Shown here: positions 40,690-56,900 of the stretch, one piece after another | Position numbering within the stretch: the first letter of the stretch is position 1 | Layout: the number at the start of each line of letters is the position of its first letter | Assembly: GCA_964016885.1 (NCBI GenBank) | Contig: OZ024766.1 | Location: 2,666,001-2,730,000 of the forward strand | DNA: 64,000 nucleotides | Direction of reading: 5' to 3' | Source: Eledone cirrhosa | Lineage: Eukaryota | Notes under the pieces: generated by a model | Seen by the model: the letters and a program-made list of their open reading frames with translations, nothing else | What the model was told of the DNA's origin: nothing | Databases searched by the model: none | Made by a program: the position numbers and the translations under genes

Positions 40690-41329
40690 ATATTTGGGGA
40701 GGGTCATGTTATAATATTGTCAGAAATATATAATGAAACACACTCAGTTTGGTTTGGATTAGTTTTCACTTCTGTATATTTTATGTCCCTATAGTTAATT
40801 TAGCTGGCAATCAATGTGATTTGCTGATACAAAACTGATTTTGGCTTAGTTTCTAAGGCTGGATGCCTTCCTAATGCAAACCACATTTACAGTGTATGCT
40901 GGGTCCCTTTTGTGCCAAGAAATCCCGGTGGTAGAAAGACGCAGTAGAGGAAGACCACGAAAAACATGGGTGGAGGTTGTGAGAGCTGACCTCATCGCTA
41001 AAGCTCACAGAGGAGATGATGAAGGACCGTGTTGAATGGGGAGGTGCTGGGCTGAAGTGTATCCACCCCACTCTTGTAGAAGGCGACTGATGAAATCTGT
41101 GGCTGGAGCAGACCTTTAGGCAGGAGGAGAGTGACATGGTGGTGGAACAGTAAGGGCAAAAAGCAGGCGTGGCAAGAATGGCAGGATGGGGGTAGTAGAG
41201 AACTCTATAAGGTAGCTAGGAGAGAAGCTAGACAACAAGTATACCCTGCAAAGAGGGAAGCAGAGGATAGTAAGTTCAAGCACCTTAATCTGGTGGGCTC
41301 TTAGAAAACTAGGAGTGAGAGCAGAGCAA

Positions 41330-41470
41330 TGAAAATTGATGGAAGCTGCGGAGTGGGTAGACCAAGAAAATCCTGGGATGAGGTGATAAAAACTGACCTT
41401 ACCCACCTACACCTCTCTAAGACAATGACACTGGATCGAGACCTTTGGCGCCATGCAGTTGTACTACCAT
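41330..41470 (+). mobile_element. RTE-type LINE 3' fragment
   Basis: Encodes GRPRKSWDEVIKTDL; a similar decayed piece lies at about 40925-41090. Confidence 0.6.
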
Positions 41471-42306
41471 TGCATACAGTAGGCACCTCTTAACTCAATG
41501 TACACCCCATCGCCACACCCTACCCCACCCTCCCTCTCTCGTTCCATCCACTGTGTCGATGACACAACAGTCCAATCTAGTGGTCTAGAGTTAGGGTAAA
41601 TGGTGTATGTGTGTTAGGCAGGCAGTTTCTCTGTTTACCCCTCATTGGTAAGGGTTAACATTTTATATTTGATGGACAAGTCGACCCCTTATTTTGGAGA
41701 GAGATTTTTAGGCTACAAATATTGACTTGTACGCTGGCATATACTGTATATATAATATATATACACACACATGATGTATACACTTTTACACATTGAAAAG
41801 TTTAATTATTCAGCTGCAAGTTTATATATACAGTTTATCAATATAGAAATGTAAAATTTCCATTATTGAATCACATTTCAACATTCTCCATGTCTTATTT
41901 TGTTTTCTCTGCTATTTCAGAATATCACATGACATTGACAGAAGAGAAATTTTAACTTCGGTTACAACAACAATATCTTTCAAAAACTAACACAACATTT
42001 TACACAGTATTAATATAAGTCTTTTTATATCAGCATTTGATGACTTACAGTGAAATATTTCTTCTGAATTGAGGTTCATTAAATAATTTATCTCCTCACT
42101 ATCTGGAAAGTGTACAAGAAGATATTGTATTCTTATTAAACTTGGGTAAATCTATAAAGGAATTTGCATCATTTTCAGATGTCAACAAAGATCAAAGTTG
42201 AAGGAAATTTAACTTTGAAAATATTTATTAGGAATAAACTATAAAAAGAAGACCAAGAAAAAACATCCTTATTTTCTGCTGCGGAAAATATTTTTTTCCT
42301 GAAGAG

Positions 42307-43602
42307 ATGTCAAAGAGGAACAAAAGATCATCATACAACTGTGATATCTGTGGTAAATCATTCTCTGAAGCTGGTCACTTAACTCAACACATATGTATTC
42401 ATGCAGGCGAGAAAGCTCATCAATGTGATATCTGTGGTAAATCATTCTCTCGAAATAATCACTTAACTCAACACAAATATATTCATACAGGAGAGAAACC
42501 ACATCACTGTGATATCTGTGGTAAATCATTCTCTCGAAATGATCACTTAACTAGACACATACGTCTTCATACAGGAGAGAAGCCTCATCACTGTGATATC
42601 TGTGGAAAGTCATTCTCCCAGTCAGGTCACTTAACTGTACATAAATATAGTCATACAGGAGTGAAACCTCATCACTGTGATATCTGTGGAAAGTCATTCT
42701 CCCAGTCAAGTCACTTAACTGTACATAAATATAGTCATACAGGAGTGAAACCTCATCAGTGTGATATCTGTGGTGAATCATTCTCTCAGTCAAGTCACTT
42801 AACTGTACATAAATATAGCCATACAGTAGAGAAACCTCATCAGTGTGATATCTGTAGTGAATCATTCTCTCAGTCAGATCAGTTAACTGTACATAAATCT
42901 AGTCATACAGGAGAGAAGCCTCATCACTGTGATATCTGTGGTAAGTCATTTTCTCAGTCAAGTAGTTTAACTAAACACAAATATAGTCATACAGGAGAGA
43001 AACCTTATCACTGTGATATCTGTGGTAAATCATTCTCTCAGTTAGGTCACTTAACTGTACATAAATATAGTCATACAGCAGAGAAGCCTCATCACTGTGA
43101 TATCTGTGGTAAATCATTCTCTGAGTCAGGCCAATTAACTAGACACATACGTATTCATACAGGAGAGAAACCTTATCACTGTGATATCTGTGGTAAGTCA
43201 TTCTCTGTGTCAGGTAGTTTAACTCAACATAAATACGTTCATTCAGGTGAGAAACCTTATCACTGTGATATCTGTGGTAAGTCATTCTCTCAGTCGAGTA
43301 GTTTAACTAAACATAAATATATTCATACAGGAGAGAAATCACATTACTGTGATATCTGTGGTGAATCATTCTCTCGAAATGATCAATTAACTCAACATAA
43401 ATATATTCATACAGGAGAGAAACCTCATCACTGCAATATCTGTGGTAAATCTTTCTCTGTATCAAGTAGCTTAACTAGACACACACGTCTTCATACAGGA
43501 GAGAAACCTTATCTCTGTGATATCTGTGGTAAATCATTCTCTCAGTCAGTTCACTTAACTGTACATAAATATAGTCACGCAGGAGAGAAGCCTCATCACT
43601 GA
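42307..43602 (+). CDS. Tandem C2H2 zinc-finger protein, 15 intact fingers, 431 aa
   Basis: Fifteen 28-aa C2H2 repeats; a small deletion in finger 16 creates the stop. Confidence 0.9.
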   Translation: MSKRNKRSSYNCDICGKSFSEAGHLTQHICIHAGEKAHQCDICGKSFSRNNHLTQHKYIHTGEKPHHCDICGKSFSRNDHLTRHIRLHTGEKPHHCDICGKSFSQSGHLTVHKYSHTGVKPHHCDICGKSFSQSSHLTVHKYSHTGVKPHQCDICGESFSQSSHLTVHKYSHTVEKPHQCDICSESFSQSDQLTVHKSSHTGEKPHHCDICGKSFSQSSSLTKHKYSHTGEKPYHCDICGKSFSQLGHLTVHKYSHTAEKPHHCDICGKSFSESGQLTRHIRIHTGEKPYHCDICGKSFSVSGSLTQHKYVHSGEKPYHCDICGKSFSQSSSLTKHKYIHTGEKSHYCDICGESFSRNDQLTQHKYIHTGEKPHHCNICGKSFSVSSSLTRHTRLHTGEKPYLCDICGKSFSQSVHLTVHKYSHAGEKPHH

Positions 43603-44100
<498 letters not shown>

Positions 44101-44304
44101 TTAAATTGAGAAAAACAAACACAAACATTTTAACTTGGCAATGTAACATGTCCTTCATGTTACATATATAAACTTATCAACTAATATCACAAGGAAACCC
44201 TTAGTATTTCTACAGCTTCTAAATATTTTCTATTTTTTTAATTTTATTTTTAAATGTGATTAAAGTTATTTTCATATCTGATAGTTGTCTTCTTAAATTT
44301 ATTT

Positions 44305-44645
44305 TTTGGCAACACCCACATTCCTTGTTGTAGTGTGTAATTGAGGGACCCTCTATCCCTGACTTAATGTTGTAACTGTCATCAAGAAATATTTAGAGTG
44401 CCTCACCCACATTCCCTGTTGTAGTGTATCCCTGACATAATGCTGTAACTGGCTTCAAGAAATATTTAGAGAACAACAACATTCCCTGTTGTAGTGTATA
44501 ATTGAGGGACCCTCTATCCCATGACCTAATGCTGCAGCTGGCCACAAGAAATTGAGGGCAACACCCACATTTCCTGTTGTAATTGAGGGACTCTATCCCA
44601 TCACCTAATGCTGTAACTAATTGTAAGAAATATTTAGAAGGCAAA
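44305..44645 (+). repeat. Degenerate ~75-90-bp tandem repeat, about 4 copies
   Basis: Recurring ACATTCCCTGTTGTAGTG...AAGAAATATTTAGA. Confidence 0.8.
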
Positions 44646-44799
44646 TATTTACAATAGTGAGAGTGGGAATGGAAGGGAGACAGTTCAGGAAGCAACTACA
44701 GCTGCGAGTTATGAAAGGCTTTTCCCTCAAAACAATTCATATATAAAAACAGCAAAGCTGCATGTTAGGGAGACCTGTGCACTGTGTACCGAGCAGTTT

Positions 44800-44960
44800 T
44801 GAAGATTCGAAAAAATGAAGCTTGCATGCTCTGATGGATGTGATGTAGTACAGCAAAGTGTAAATTAACAGAGAGGAACTTGGTATAAGAGGGGTCAGAT
44901 GCATTGTGGTGGTATGGACATGTGATGTATATGAAGGACGGCAGGCGTATAGAAGATTGC
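44800..44960 (+). mobile_element. Decayed RTE-type LINE fragment
   Basis: TGGTATGGACATGTGATG encodes WYGHVM. Confidence 0.5.
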
Positions 44961-44974
44961 GCTTTATGGCGCAG

Positions 44975-47900
44975 TTTTAGCCATTTTAGAGTAATTTTAT
45001 TCATTTATGATGCAGTTTTAACCATTTTATAGTCAATTTAGACATTTTAGAGTTACTTTAGTCATTTATGATGCTGTTTTAGCCAATTTAGAGTCATTTT
45101 AGTCATTTATGATGCTGTTTTAGCCAATTTAGAGTCATTTTAGTCATTTATGATGCCGTTTTAGCCAATTTAGAGTCATTTTAGTCATTTATGATGCTGT
45201 TTAAGCCATTTTAGGGTCAATTTTGCCCTTTTAGAATCATTTTAGTCATTTAAAACGCCGTTTTAGCCATTTTTAGAGTCATTTTAGTCATTTACATAAA
45301 TGAGTAAAATCGCTAAAAGGTCATCAGTAATGATTAATATGCCTAAAACGTCATCATAAATGACTGAACTGGCTAAAAGGGTATCGAAAATGACTCAAAC
45401 GACATTATAAATTACTAAAATGGATAAAACGTCATCATAAATGACTAAAATGTCTAAAACGTCATAAATGACTAAAATGGCTAAAGCAGCATCATAAATG
45501 CAGAAATTGACACTAAACTGACTAAAACGTCATTCATAAATGACTAAAATGGCTAAAATGGCATTATCAATGGCTAAGATGATTCTAAAGTGGCTGAAAT
45601 GTTATAACAAATGACTAAAATGGCTAAAACATCATCACAAATGACTAAAATGTTCAAAACGTCATCATAAATGAAGAAAATAATAAAATGGCTAAAACGG
45701 CATCCTAAATGACTAAAATGGCTAAAACGTTACCATGAATGATTTAAATGGCTAAAACGTTTATGATGACGTTTTAGCCATTTATGATGCCATTTTAGAG
45801 TCATTTTAGTCATTTATGATGCTGTTTTAGCCATTTTAGTCATTTATGATGACGTTTTAACCATTTTAGAGTCATTTTAGTCATTTATGATAACGTTTTA
45901 GCCATTTATGATGCCGTTTTAGCCATTTTATTCATTTATGATGACGTTTTAGCCACTTTACTCATTTATGACGTCTTTGTAGCCATTTTAGAGTCATTTT
46001 AGTCAGTTATGATGACGTTTTAGTCATTTATGATTACGTTTTAGTCATTTTACTCATTTATAATGGTTTTTTAGCCATTTAACTCATTCATGATGCCTTT
46101 TTAGCCATTTTAGAGTCATTTTAGTCATTTATGATGCTGTTTTAGCCATTTTATAGTCAATTTAACCATTTATGATCCCGTTTTAGCCATTTTAGTCATT
46201 TATGATGCCGTTTTAGCACTTTTAGTCATTTATGGTGGCGTTTTAGTCATTTATGATGACGTTTTAGCCATTTTACTCATTTATGACGTCTTTGTAGCCA
46301 TTTTAGAGTCGTTTTAGTCATTTATGATGCTGTTTTAGCCATTTTACTCATTTATGACGTTTTTGTAGCCACTTTAGAGTCATTTCAGTCATTTATGAAC
46401 TCGTTATAGTAATTTATAATGACGTTTTAGCCATTTTACTCATTTATGACGTCTCTGTAGCTAGTCATTTCTGATGCTGTTTTAGCCATTTTAGTCATTT
46501 ATGATGATGTTTTAGCCATTTATGATGCCGTTTTAGCACTTTTAGTCATTTATGGTGACGTTTTAGTAATTTATGATGACGTTTTAGCCATTTTACTCAT
46601 TTATGATGCCTTTGTAGCTATTTTAGAGTCATTTTAGTAACTTATGATGCTGTTTTAGCCATTTTGGTCAGTTATGATGACGTTTTAGTCATTTAGGATT
46701 ACGTTTTAGTCATTTTATGACGTTTCTGTAGCCACTTTAGAGTCATTTCAGTCATTTATGAAGACGTTATAGTAATTTATAATGACGTTTTAGCCATTTT
46801 ACTCGTTTATGACGTCTCTGTAGCCATTTTAGAGTCATTTTAGTCATTTATGATGCTGTTTTAGCCATTTTAGTCATTTATAATGGCGTTTTAGCCATTT
46901 TAGAGTCAATTTAGCCATTTATGATGGCGTTTGAGCCATGTTAAAGTCATTTTACTCATTCATGAAGCCTTTTTAGCCATTTTAGAGTCAATTTAGCAAT
47001 TTATGATGCCGTTTTAGCCATTTATGATGCCGTTCTAGCCATTTTAGTCATTTATGGAGTCGTTTTAGTCATTTTGATGATGTTTTAACCATTTTACTCA
47101 TTTATGTTGCCTTTTAAGCCATTTTAGAGTAATTTTAGTCATTTATGATGCCGTTTTAGCCATTTTATTCACTTATGATGCCTTTGTAGCTATTTTAGCG
47201 TCATTTTAGTCATTTATGATGCCGTTTTAGATATTTTCGTCATTCATGATGAAGTTTTAGCCATTTTACTCATTTATGATGCCGTTTTAGCCATTTTAGA
47301 GTCAATTGAGCCATTTATGATGCCGTTTTAGCCATTTTAGAGTCTATTTACTCATTTATTATGCCGTTTTAGCAATTTTAGAGTCATTTTAGTCATTTAT
47401 GATGCCGTTTTCACCATTTTAGTCATTTATGATGACGTTTTAGACATTTGTGAAGACGTTATAGTCATTTATGATGACGTTTTAGCCATTTTAATCATTT
47501 ATGACGTCTTTGTAGCCCTTTTAGAGTCATTTTAGTCATTTATGATGCTGTTTTAGCCATTTTACTCATTTATCACGTCTTTGTAGCCATTTTAGAGTCA
47601 TTTTAGTCAGTTATGATGACGTTATAGTTATTTATGATGACGTTTTAGCCATTTTACTCATTTATGACGTCTTTGTAGCCATTTTAGTCATTTATGATGC
47701 TGTTTTAGCCATTTTACTCATTTATGACGTCTTTGTAGCCAATTTAGAGTCATTTTAGTCAGTTATGATGACGCTTTAGTCATTTATGATTACGTTTTAG
47801 TCATTTTACTCATTTATAATGGTGTTTTAGCCATTAAACTCATTCATGATGCCTTTTTAGCCATTTTAGAGTCATTTTAGTCATTTATGATGCCGTTTTA

Positions 47901-50900
47901 GCCATTTAAGATGCCGTTTTAGCACTTTTAGTCACTTATGGTGACGTTTTAATCATTTATGATGACGTTTTAGCCATTTTAGTCATTTATGATGCTGTTT
48001 TAGCCATTTTACTCATTTATGACGTCTTTGTAGCCAATTTAGAGTCATTTTAGTCAGTTATGATGACGCTTTAGTCATTTATGATTACGTTTTAGTCATT
48101 TTACTCATTTATAATGGTGTTTTAGCCATTAAACTCATTCATGATGCCTTTTTAGCCATTTTAGCGTCATTTTAGTCATTTATGATGCCGTTTTAGCCAT
48201 TTAAGATGCCGTTTTAGCACTTTTAGTCACTTATGGTGACGTTTTAATCATTTATGATGACGTTTTAGCCATTTTACTCATTTATGACGTCTTTGTAGCC
48301 ATTTTAGTCATTTATGATGCTGTTTTAACCATTTTATTCATTTATGACGTCTTTGTAGCCATTTTAGAGTCATTTTAGTCATTTATGAAGACGTTTTAGC
48401 CATTTGAGCCATTTATGATGCCGTTTTAGCCATTTTAGAGTCAATTGAGCGATTTATGATGCCGTTTTAGCCATTTTACTCATTTATTATGCCGATTTCA
48501 CCATTTTAGTCATTTATGACGTCTTTGTAGTGATTTTAGAGTCATTTTAGTCATTTACGATGCTGTTTTAGCCATTTCAGTCATTTATGATGACGTTTTA
48601 GCACTTGTAGTCATTTATGGTGACGTTTTAGTCATTTATGATGACGTTTTAGCCATTTTACTCATTTATGATGCCTTTGTAGCCATTTTAGAGTCATTTT
48701 AGTCATTTATGATGCTGTTGTAGCTATTTTACTCATTTATGATGTCTTTGTAGCCATTTTAGAGTCAATTGAGCCATTTATGATGCCGTTTTAGCCATTT
48801 TAGAGTCATTTTACTCATTTATTATGACGTTTTAGCCCTTTTAGTCATTCATGATGACATTTTAGCCATTTATGATGCCGTTTTAGCACTTTTAGTCATT
48901 TATGGTGACGTTTTAGTCATTTATGATGACGTTTTAGCCATTTTACTCATTTATGATGCCTTTGTAGCTATTTTAGAGTCATTTTAGTCACTTATGATGC
49001 TGTTTTAGCCATTTTACTCATTTATGACGTCTTTGTAGCCATTTTAGAGTCGTTTCAGTCATTTATGAAGACGTTTTAGCCATTTTAGTCATGTATGGTG
49101 ACGTCTTAGTCATTTATGATGATGTTTTAACCATTTTACTCATTTATGATGCCTTTTAAGCCATTTTAGAATAATTTTAGTCAATTATGATGCCGTTTTA
49201 GCCATGTTATTCATTTATGATGCCTTTGTAGCTATTTTAGCGTCATTTTAGTCATTTATTATGCCGTTTTAGATATTTTCGTCATTTATAATGAGGTTTT
49301 AGCCATTTTACTCATTTATGATGCCGTTTTAGCCATTTAGAGTCAATTGAGCCATTTATGATGCCGTTTTAGAGTCTATTTATTCATTTATTATGCCGTT
49401 TTAGCCATTTTAGAGTCATTTTAGTCATTTATGATGCTGTTTTAGCCATTTTACTCATTTATCACGTCTTTGTAGCCATTTTAGAGTCATTTTAGTCATT
49501 TATGATGCTGTTTTAGCCATTTTACTCATTTATCACGTCTTTGTAGCCATTTTAGAGTCATTTTAGTCAGTTATGATGACGTTATAGTCATTTATGAGAC
49601 GTTTTAGACATTTTACTCATTTATGACGTCTTTTAGTTATTTTAGAGTCATTTTAGTCATTTATGATGCTGTTTTAGCCATTTTACTCATTTATGACGTC
49701 TTTGTAGCCAATTTAGAGTCATTTTAGTCAGTTATGATGACGCTTTAGTCATTTATGATTACGTTTTAGTCATTTTACTCATTTATAATGGTGTTTTACC
49801 CATTAAACTCATTCATGATGCCTTTTTAGCCATTTTAAAGTCATTTTATACATTTATGATGCCGTTTTAGCCATTTAAGATACCGTTTTAGCACTTTTAG
49901 TCACTTATGGTGACGTTTTAATAATTTATGATGACGTTTTAGCCATTTTACTCATTTATGACGTCTTTGTAGCCATTTTAGAGTCATTTTAGTCATTTAT
50001 GATGCTGTTTTAGCCATTTTACTCATTTATGACGTCTTTGTAGCCATTTTAGAGTCATTTTAGTCATTTATGAAGACGTTTTAGCCCTTTTAGCCATTTA
50101 TGATGCCGTTTTAGCCATTTTAGAGTCAATTGAGCCATTTATGATGCCGTTTTAGCAATTTTGGAGTCATTTTACTCATTTATTATGCCGTTTTAGCCAT
50201 TTTAGAGTCATTTTAGTCATTTATGATGCCGTTTTCACCATTTTAGTCATTTATGACGGCTTTGTACTGATTTTAGAGTCATTTTAGTCATTTACGATGC
50301 TGTTTTAGCCATTTCAGTCATTTATGATGACGTTTTAGCACTTTTAGTCATTTATGGTGACGTTTTAGTCATTTATGATGACGTTTTAGCCATTTTACTC
50401 ATTTATGATGCCTTTGTAGCTATTTTAGAGTCATTTTAGTCACTTATGCTGCTGTTTTAGTCATTTTACTCATTCATGACGTCTTTGTAGCCATTTTAGA
50501 GTCATTTATGAAGACGTTTTAGCCATTTATTATGCCGTTTTAGCCATTTTAGTCATTTATGATGCCGTTTTCACCATTTTAGTCATTTATGACGTCTTTG
50601 TAGCCATTTTAGAGTCATTTTAGTCATTTATGATGCTGTTTTAGCCATTTTAGTCATTTATGATGACGTTTTAGCCCTTTTAGTCAATTATGATGACATT
50701 TTAGCCATTTATGATGCCGTTTTAGCACTTTTAGTCCTTTATGGTGACGTTTTAGTCATTTATGATGACGTATTAGCCATTTTACTCATTTATGATGCCT
50801 TTGTAGCCATTTTAGAGTCATTTTAGTCATTTATGAAGACGTTTTAGCCATTTTAGCCATTTTAGAGTCATTTTACTCATTTATTATGCCGTTTTAGCCA

Positions 50901-53900
50901 TTTTAGAGTCATTTTAGTCATTTATGATGCTGTTTTAGCCATTTTATTCATTTATGACGTCTTTGTAGCCATTTTAGAGTCATTTTAGCCATTTTAGAGT
51001 CATTTTACTCATTTATTATGCCGTTTTAGCCATTTTAGCCATTTATGATGCCGTTTTAGCCATTTTAGACTCAATTGAGCCATTTATGATGCCGTTTTAG
51101 CCATTTTAGAGTCATTTTACTCATTTATTATGCCGTTTTAGCCATTTTAGAGTCATTTTAGTCATTTATGATGCCATTTTCACCATTTTAGTCATTTATG
51201 ACGTCTTTGTAGCCATTTTAGAGTCATTTTAGTCATTTATGATGCTGTTTTAGCCATTTTATTCATTTATGACGTCTTTGTAGCCATTTTAGAGTCATTT
51301 TAGTCATTTATGAAGACGTTTTAGCCATTTTAGAGTCAATTGAGCCATTTATGATGCCGTTTTAGCCATTTTAGAGTCATTTTACTCATTTATTATGCCG
51401 TTTTAGCCATTTTAGAGTCATTTTAGTCATTTATGATGCCGTTTTCACCATTTTAGTCATTTATGACGTCTTTGTAGTGATTTTAGAGTCATTTTAGTCA
51501 TTTATGGTGACGTTTTAGCCATTTTACTCATTTATGATGCCTTTGTAGCTATTTTAGAATCATTTTAGTCATGTTATAATGCTGTTTTAGCCATTTTACT
51601 CATTTATGACGTCTTTGTAGCCATTTTAGAGTCATTTTAGTCATTTATGAAGACGTTTTAGCCATGTATGATGCCGTTTTAGCCATTTTAGAGTCAATTG
51701 AGCCATTTATGATGCCGTTTTAGCCATTTTAGAGTCATTTTACTCATTTATTATGACGTTTTAGCCCTTTTAGTCATTTATGACGTCTTTGTAGCCATTT
51801 ATGATGCCGTTTTAGCACTTTCAGACATTTATGGTGACGTTTTAGTCATTTATGATGACGTTTTAGCCATTTTACTCATTTATGATGCCTTTGTAGCTAT
51901 TTTAGAGTCATTTTAGTCACTTATGATGCTGTTTTAGCCATTTTACTCATTTATGACGTCTTTGTAGCCATTTTAGAGTCATTTTAGTCATTTATGAAGA
52001 TGTTTTAGCCATTTTAGCCATTTATGATGCCGTTTTAGCCATTTTAGAGTCAATTGAGCCATTTATGATGCCGTTTTAGCCATTTTAGTCATGTATGGTG
52101 ACGTTTTAGTCATTTATGATGATGTTTTAACCATTTTACTCATTTATGATGCCTTTTAAGCCATTTTAGAGTAATTTTAGTCAATTATAATGCCGTTGTA
52201 GCCATTTTATTCATTTATGATGCCTTTGTAGCTATTTTAGCGTCATTTTAGTCATTTATGATGCCGTTTTAGATATTTTCGTCATTTATGATGAGGTTTT
52301 AGCCATTTTACTCATTTATTATGTCGTTTTAGCCATTTTAGAGTCATTTTAGTCATTTATGATGCTGTTTTAGCCATTTTACTCATTTATCACGTCTTTG
52401 TAGCCATTTTAGTCAGTTATGATGACGTTATAGTCATTTATGATGACGTTTTAGACATTTTACTCATTTATGACGTCTTTGTAGCCATTTTAGAGTCATT
52501 TTAGTCATTTATGATGCTGTTTTAGCCATTTTACTCATTTATGACGTCTTTGTAGCCAATTTAGAGTCATTTTAGTCAGTTATGATGACGCTTTAGTCAT
52601 TTATGATTACGTTTTAGTCATTTTACTCATTTATAATGGTGTTTTAGCCATTAAACTAATTCATGATGCCTTTTTAGCCATTTTAGAGTCATTTTATACA
52701 TTTATGATGCCGTTTTAGCCATTTAAGATGCCGTTTTAGCACTTTTAGTCACTTATGGTGACGTTTTAATCATTTTACTCATTTATGACGTCTTTGTAGC
52801 CATTTTAGAGTTATTTTAGTCATTTATGATGCTGTTTTAGCCATTTTATTCATTTATGACGTCTTTGTAGCCATTTTAGAGTCATTTTAGTCATTTATGA
52901 AGACGTTTTAGCTATTTTAGCCATTTATGATGCCGTTTTAGCCATTTTAGAGTCAATTGAGCCATTTATGATGCCGTTTTAGCCATTTTAGAGTCATTTT
53001 ACTCATTTATTATGCCGTTTTAGCCATTTTAGAGTCATTTTAGTCATTTATGATGCCGATTTCACCATTTTAGTCATTTATGACGTCTTTGTAGTGATTT
53101 TAGAGTCATTTACGATGCTGTTTTAGCCATTTCAGTCATTTATGATGACGTTTTAGCACTTTTAGTCATTTATGGTGACGTTTTAGTCATTTATGATGAC
53201 GTTTTAGCCATTTTACTCATTTATGATGCCTTTGTAGCTATTTTAGAGTCATTTTAGTCACTTATGATGTTGTTTTAGCCATTTTACTCATTTATGACGT
53301 CTTTGTAGCCATTTATTAAGAAGTTTTAGCCATTTTAGCGATTTATGATGCCGTTTTAGCCATTTTAGAGTCAATTGAGCCATTTATAATGCCGTTTTAG
53401 CCATTTTATTCATTTATGACGTCTTTGTAGCCATTTTAGAGTCATTTTAGTCATTTATGAAGACGTTTTAGCCATTTGAGCCATTTTAGAGTCAATTGAG
53501 CCATTTATGATGCCGTTTTAGCCATTTTAGTCATGTATGGTGACGTTTTAGTCATTTATGATGATGTTTTAACCATTTTACTCATTTATGATGCCTTTTA
53601 AGCCATTTTAGAGTAATTTTACTCATTTATTATGCCGTTTTAGCCATTTTAGTCATTTATGATGCCGTTTTCACCATTTTAGTCATTTATGACGTCTTTG
53701 TAGCCATTTTAGAGTCATTTTAGTCATTTATGATGCTGTTTTAGCCATTTTATTCATTTATGACGTCTTTGTAGCCATTTTAGAGTCATTTTAGTCATTT
53801 ATGATGCCGTTTTCACCATTTTAGTCATTTATGACGTCTTTGTAGTGATTTTAGAGTCATTTTAGTCATTTATGGTGACGTTTTAGCCATTTTACTCATT

Positions 53901-56900
53901 TATGATGCCTTTGTAGCTATTTTAGAGTTATTTTAGTCATTTATGATGCTGTTTTAGCCATTTTACTCATTTATGACGTCTTTGTAGCCATTTTAGAGTC
54001 ATTTTAGTCATTTATGAAGACGTTTTAGCCATTTATGATGCCGTTTTAGCCATTTTAGAGTCAATTGAGCCATTTATGATGCCGTTTTAGCCATTTTAGT
54101 CACTTATGATGCTGTTTTAGCCATTTTACTCATTTATGACGTCTTTGTAGCCATTTTAGAGTCATTTTAGTCATTTATGAAGACGTTTTAGCCATTTTAG
54201 CCATTTATGATGCCGTTTTAGCCATTTTAGAGTCATTTTAGTCATTTATGAAGACGTTTTAGCCATTTTAGAGTCAATTGAGCCATTTATGATGCCGTTT
54301 TAGCCATTTTAGAGTCATTTTACTCATTCATTATGCCGTTTTAGAGTCATTTTAGTCATTTATGACGTCTTTGTAGTGATTTTAGAGTCATTTTAGTCAT
54401 TTATGGTGACGTTTTAGCCATTTTACTCATTTATGATGCCTTTGTAGCTATTTTAGAGTCATTTTAGTCATTTATGATGCTGTTTTAGCCATTTTACTCA
54501 TTTATGACGTCTTTGTAGCCATTTTAGAGTCATTTTAGTCATTTATGAAGACGTTTTAGCCATTTATGATGCCGTTTTAGCCATTTTAGAGTCAATTGAG
54601 CCATTTATGATGCCGTTTTAGCCATTTTAGAGTCATTTTACTCATTTATTATGACGTTTTAGCCCTTTTAGTCATTTATGACGTCTTTGTAGCCATTTAT
54701 GATGCCGTTTTAGCACTTTCAGACATTTATGGTGACGTTTTAGTCATTTATGATGACGTTTTAGCCATTTTACTCATTTATGATGCCTTTGTAGCTATTT
54801 TAGAGTCATTTTAGTCACTTATGATGCTGTTTTAGCCATTTTACTCATTTATGACGTCTTTGTAGCCATTTTAGAGTCATTTTAGTCATTTATGAAGATG
54901 TTTTAGCCATTTTAGCCATTTATGATGCCGTTTTAGCCATTTTAGAGTCAATTGAGCCATTTATGATGCCGTTTTAGCCATTTTAGTCATGTATGGTGAC
55001 GTTTTAGTCATTTATGATGATGTTTTAACCATTTTACTCATTTATGATGCCTTTTAAGCCATTTTAGAGTCATTTTAGTCATTTATGATGCCGTTTTCAC
55101 CATTTTAGTCATTTATGATGCCTTTGTAGCTATTTTAGCGTCATTTTAGTCATTTATGATGCCGTTTTAGATATTTTCGTCATTTATGATGAGGTTTTAG
55201 CCATTTTACTCATTTATTATGTCGTTTTAGCCATTTTAGAGTCATTTTAGTCATTTATGATGCTGTTTTAGCCATTTTACTCATTTATCACGTCTTTGTA
55301 GCCATTTTAGAGTCATTTTAGTCAGTTTATGATGACGTTATAGTCATTTATGATGACGTTTTAGACATTTTACTCATTTATGACGTCTTTGTAGCCATTT
55401 TAGAGTCATTTTAGTCATTTATGATGCTGTTTTAGCCATTTTACTCATTTATGACGTCTTTGTAGCCAATTTAGAGTCATTTTAGTCAGTTATGATGACG
55501 CTTTAGTTTTTTATGATTACGTTTTAGTCATTTACTCATTTATAATGGTGTTTTAGCCATTAAACTAATTCATGATGCCTTTTTAGCCATTTTAGAGTCA
55601 TTTTATACATTTATGATGCCGTTTTAGCCATTTAAGATGCCGTTTTAGCACTTTTAGTCACTTATGGTGACGTTTTAATCATTTTACTCATTTATGACGT
55701 CTTTGTAGCCATTTTAGAGTCATTTTAGTCATTTATGATGCTGTTTTAGCCATTTTATTCATTTATGACGTCTTTGTAGCCATTTTAGAGTCATTTTAGT
55801 CATTTATGAAGACGTTTTAGCTATTTTAGCCATTTATGATGCCGTTTTAGCCATTTTAGAGTCAATTGAGCCATTTATGATGCCGTTTTAGCCATTTTAG
55901 AGTCATTTTACTCATTTATTATGCCGTTTTAGCCATTTTAGAGTCATTTAGTCATTTATGATGCCGATTTCACCATTTTAGTCATTTATGACGTCTTTGT
56001 AGTGATTTTAGAGTCATTTACGATGCTGTTTTAGCATTTCAGTCATTTATGATGACGTTTTAGCACTTTTAGTCATTTATGGTGACGTTTTAGTCATTTA
56101 TGATGACGTTTTAGCCATTTTACTCATTTATGATGCCTTTGTAGCTATTTTAGAGTCATTTAGTCACTTATGATGTTGTTTTAGCCATTTTACTCATTTA
56201 TGACGTCTATGTAGCCATTTTAGTCATTTATTAAGAAGTTTTAGCCATTTTAGCCATTTATGATGCCGTTTTAGCCATTTTAGAGTCAATTGAGCCATTT
56301 ATAATGCCGTTTTAGCCATTTTATTCATTTATGACGTCTTTGTACCCATTTTAGAGTCATTTTAGTCATTTATGAAGACGTTTTAGCCATTTGAGCCATT
56401 TTAGAGTCAATTGAGCCATTTATGATGCCGTTTTAGCCATTTTAGTCATGTATGGTGACGTTTTAGTCATTTATGATGATGTTTTAACCATTTTACTCAT
56501 TTATGATGCCTTTTAAGCCATTTTAGAGTAATTTTACTCATTTATTATGCCGTTTTAGCCATTTTAGAGTCATTTTAGTCATTTATGATGCCGTTTTCAC
56601 CATTTTAGTCATTTATGACGTCTTTGTAGCCATTTTAGAGTCATTTTAGTCATTTATGATGCTGTTTTAGCCATTTTATTCATTTATGACGTCTTTGTAG
56701 CCATTTTAGAGTCATTTTAGTCATTTATGATGCCGTTTTCACCATTTTAGTCATTTATGACGTCTTTGTAGTGATTTTAGTCATTTATGGTGACGTTTTA
56801 GCCATTTTACTCATTTATGATGCCTTTGTAGCTATTTTAGAGTTATTTTAGTCATTTATGATGCTGTTTTAGCCATTTTACTCATTTATGACGTCTTTGT

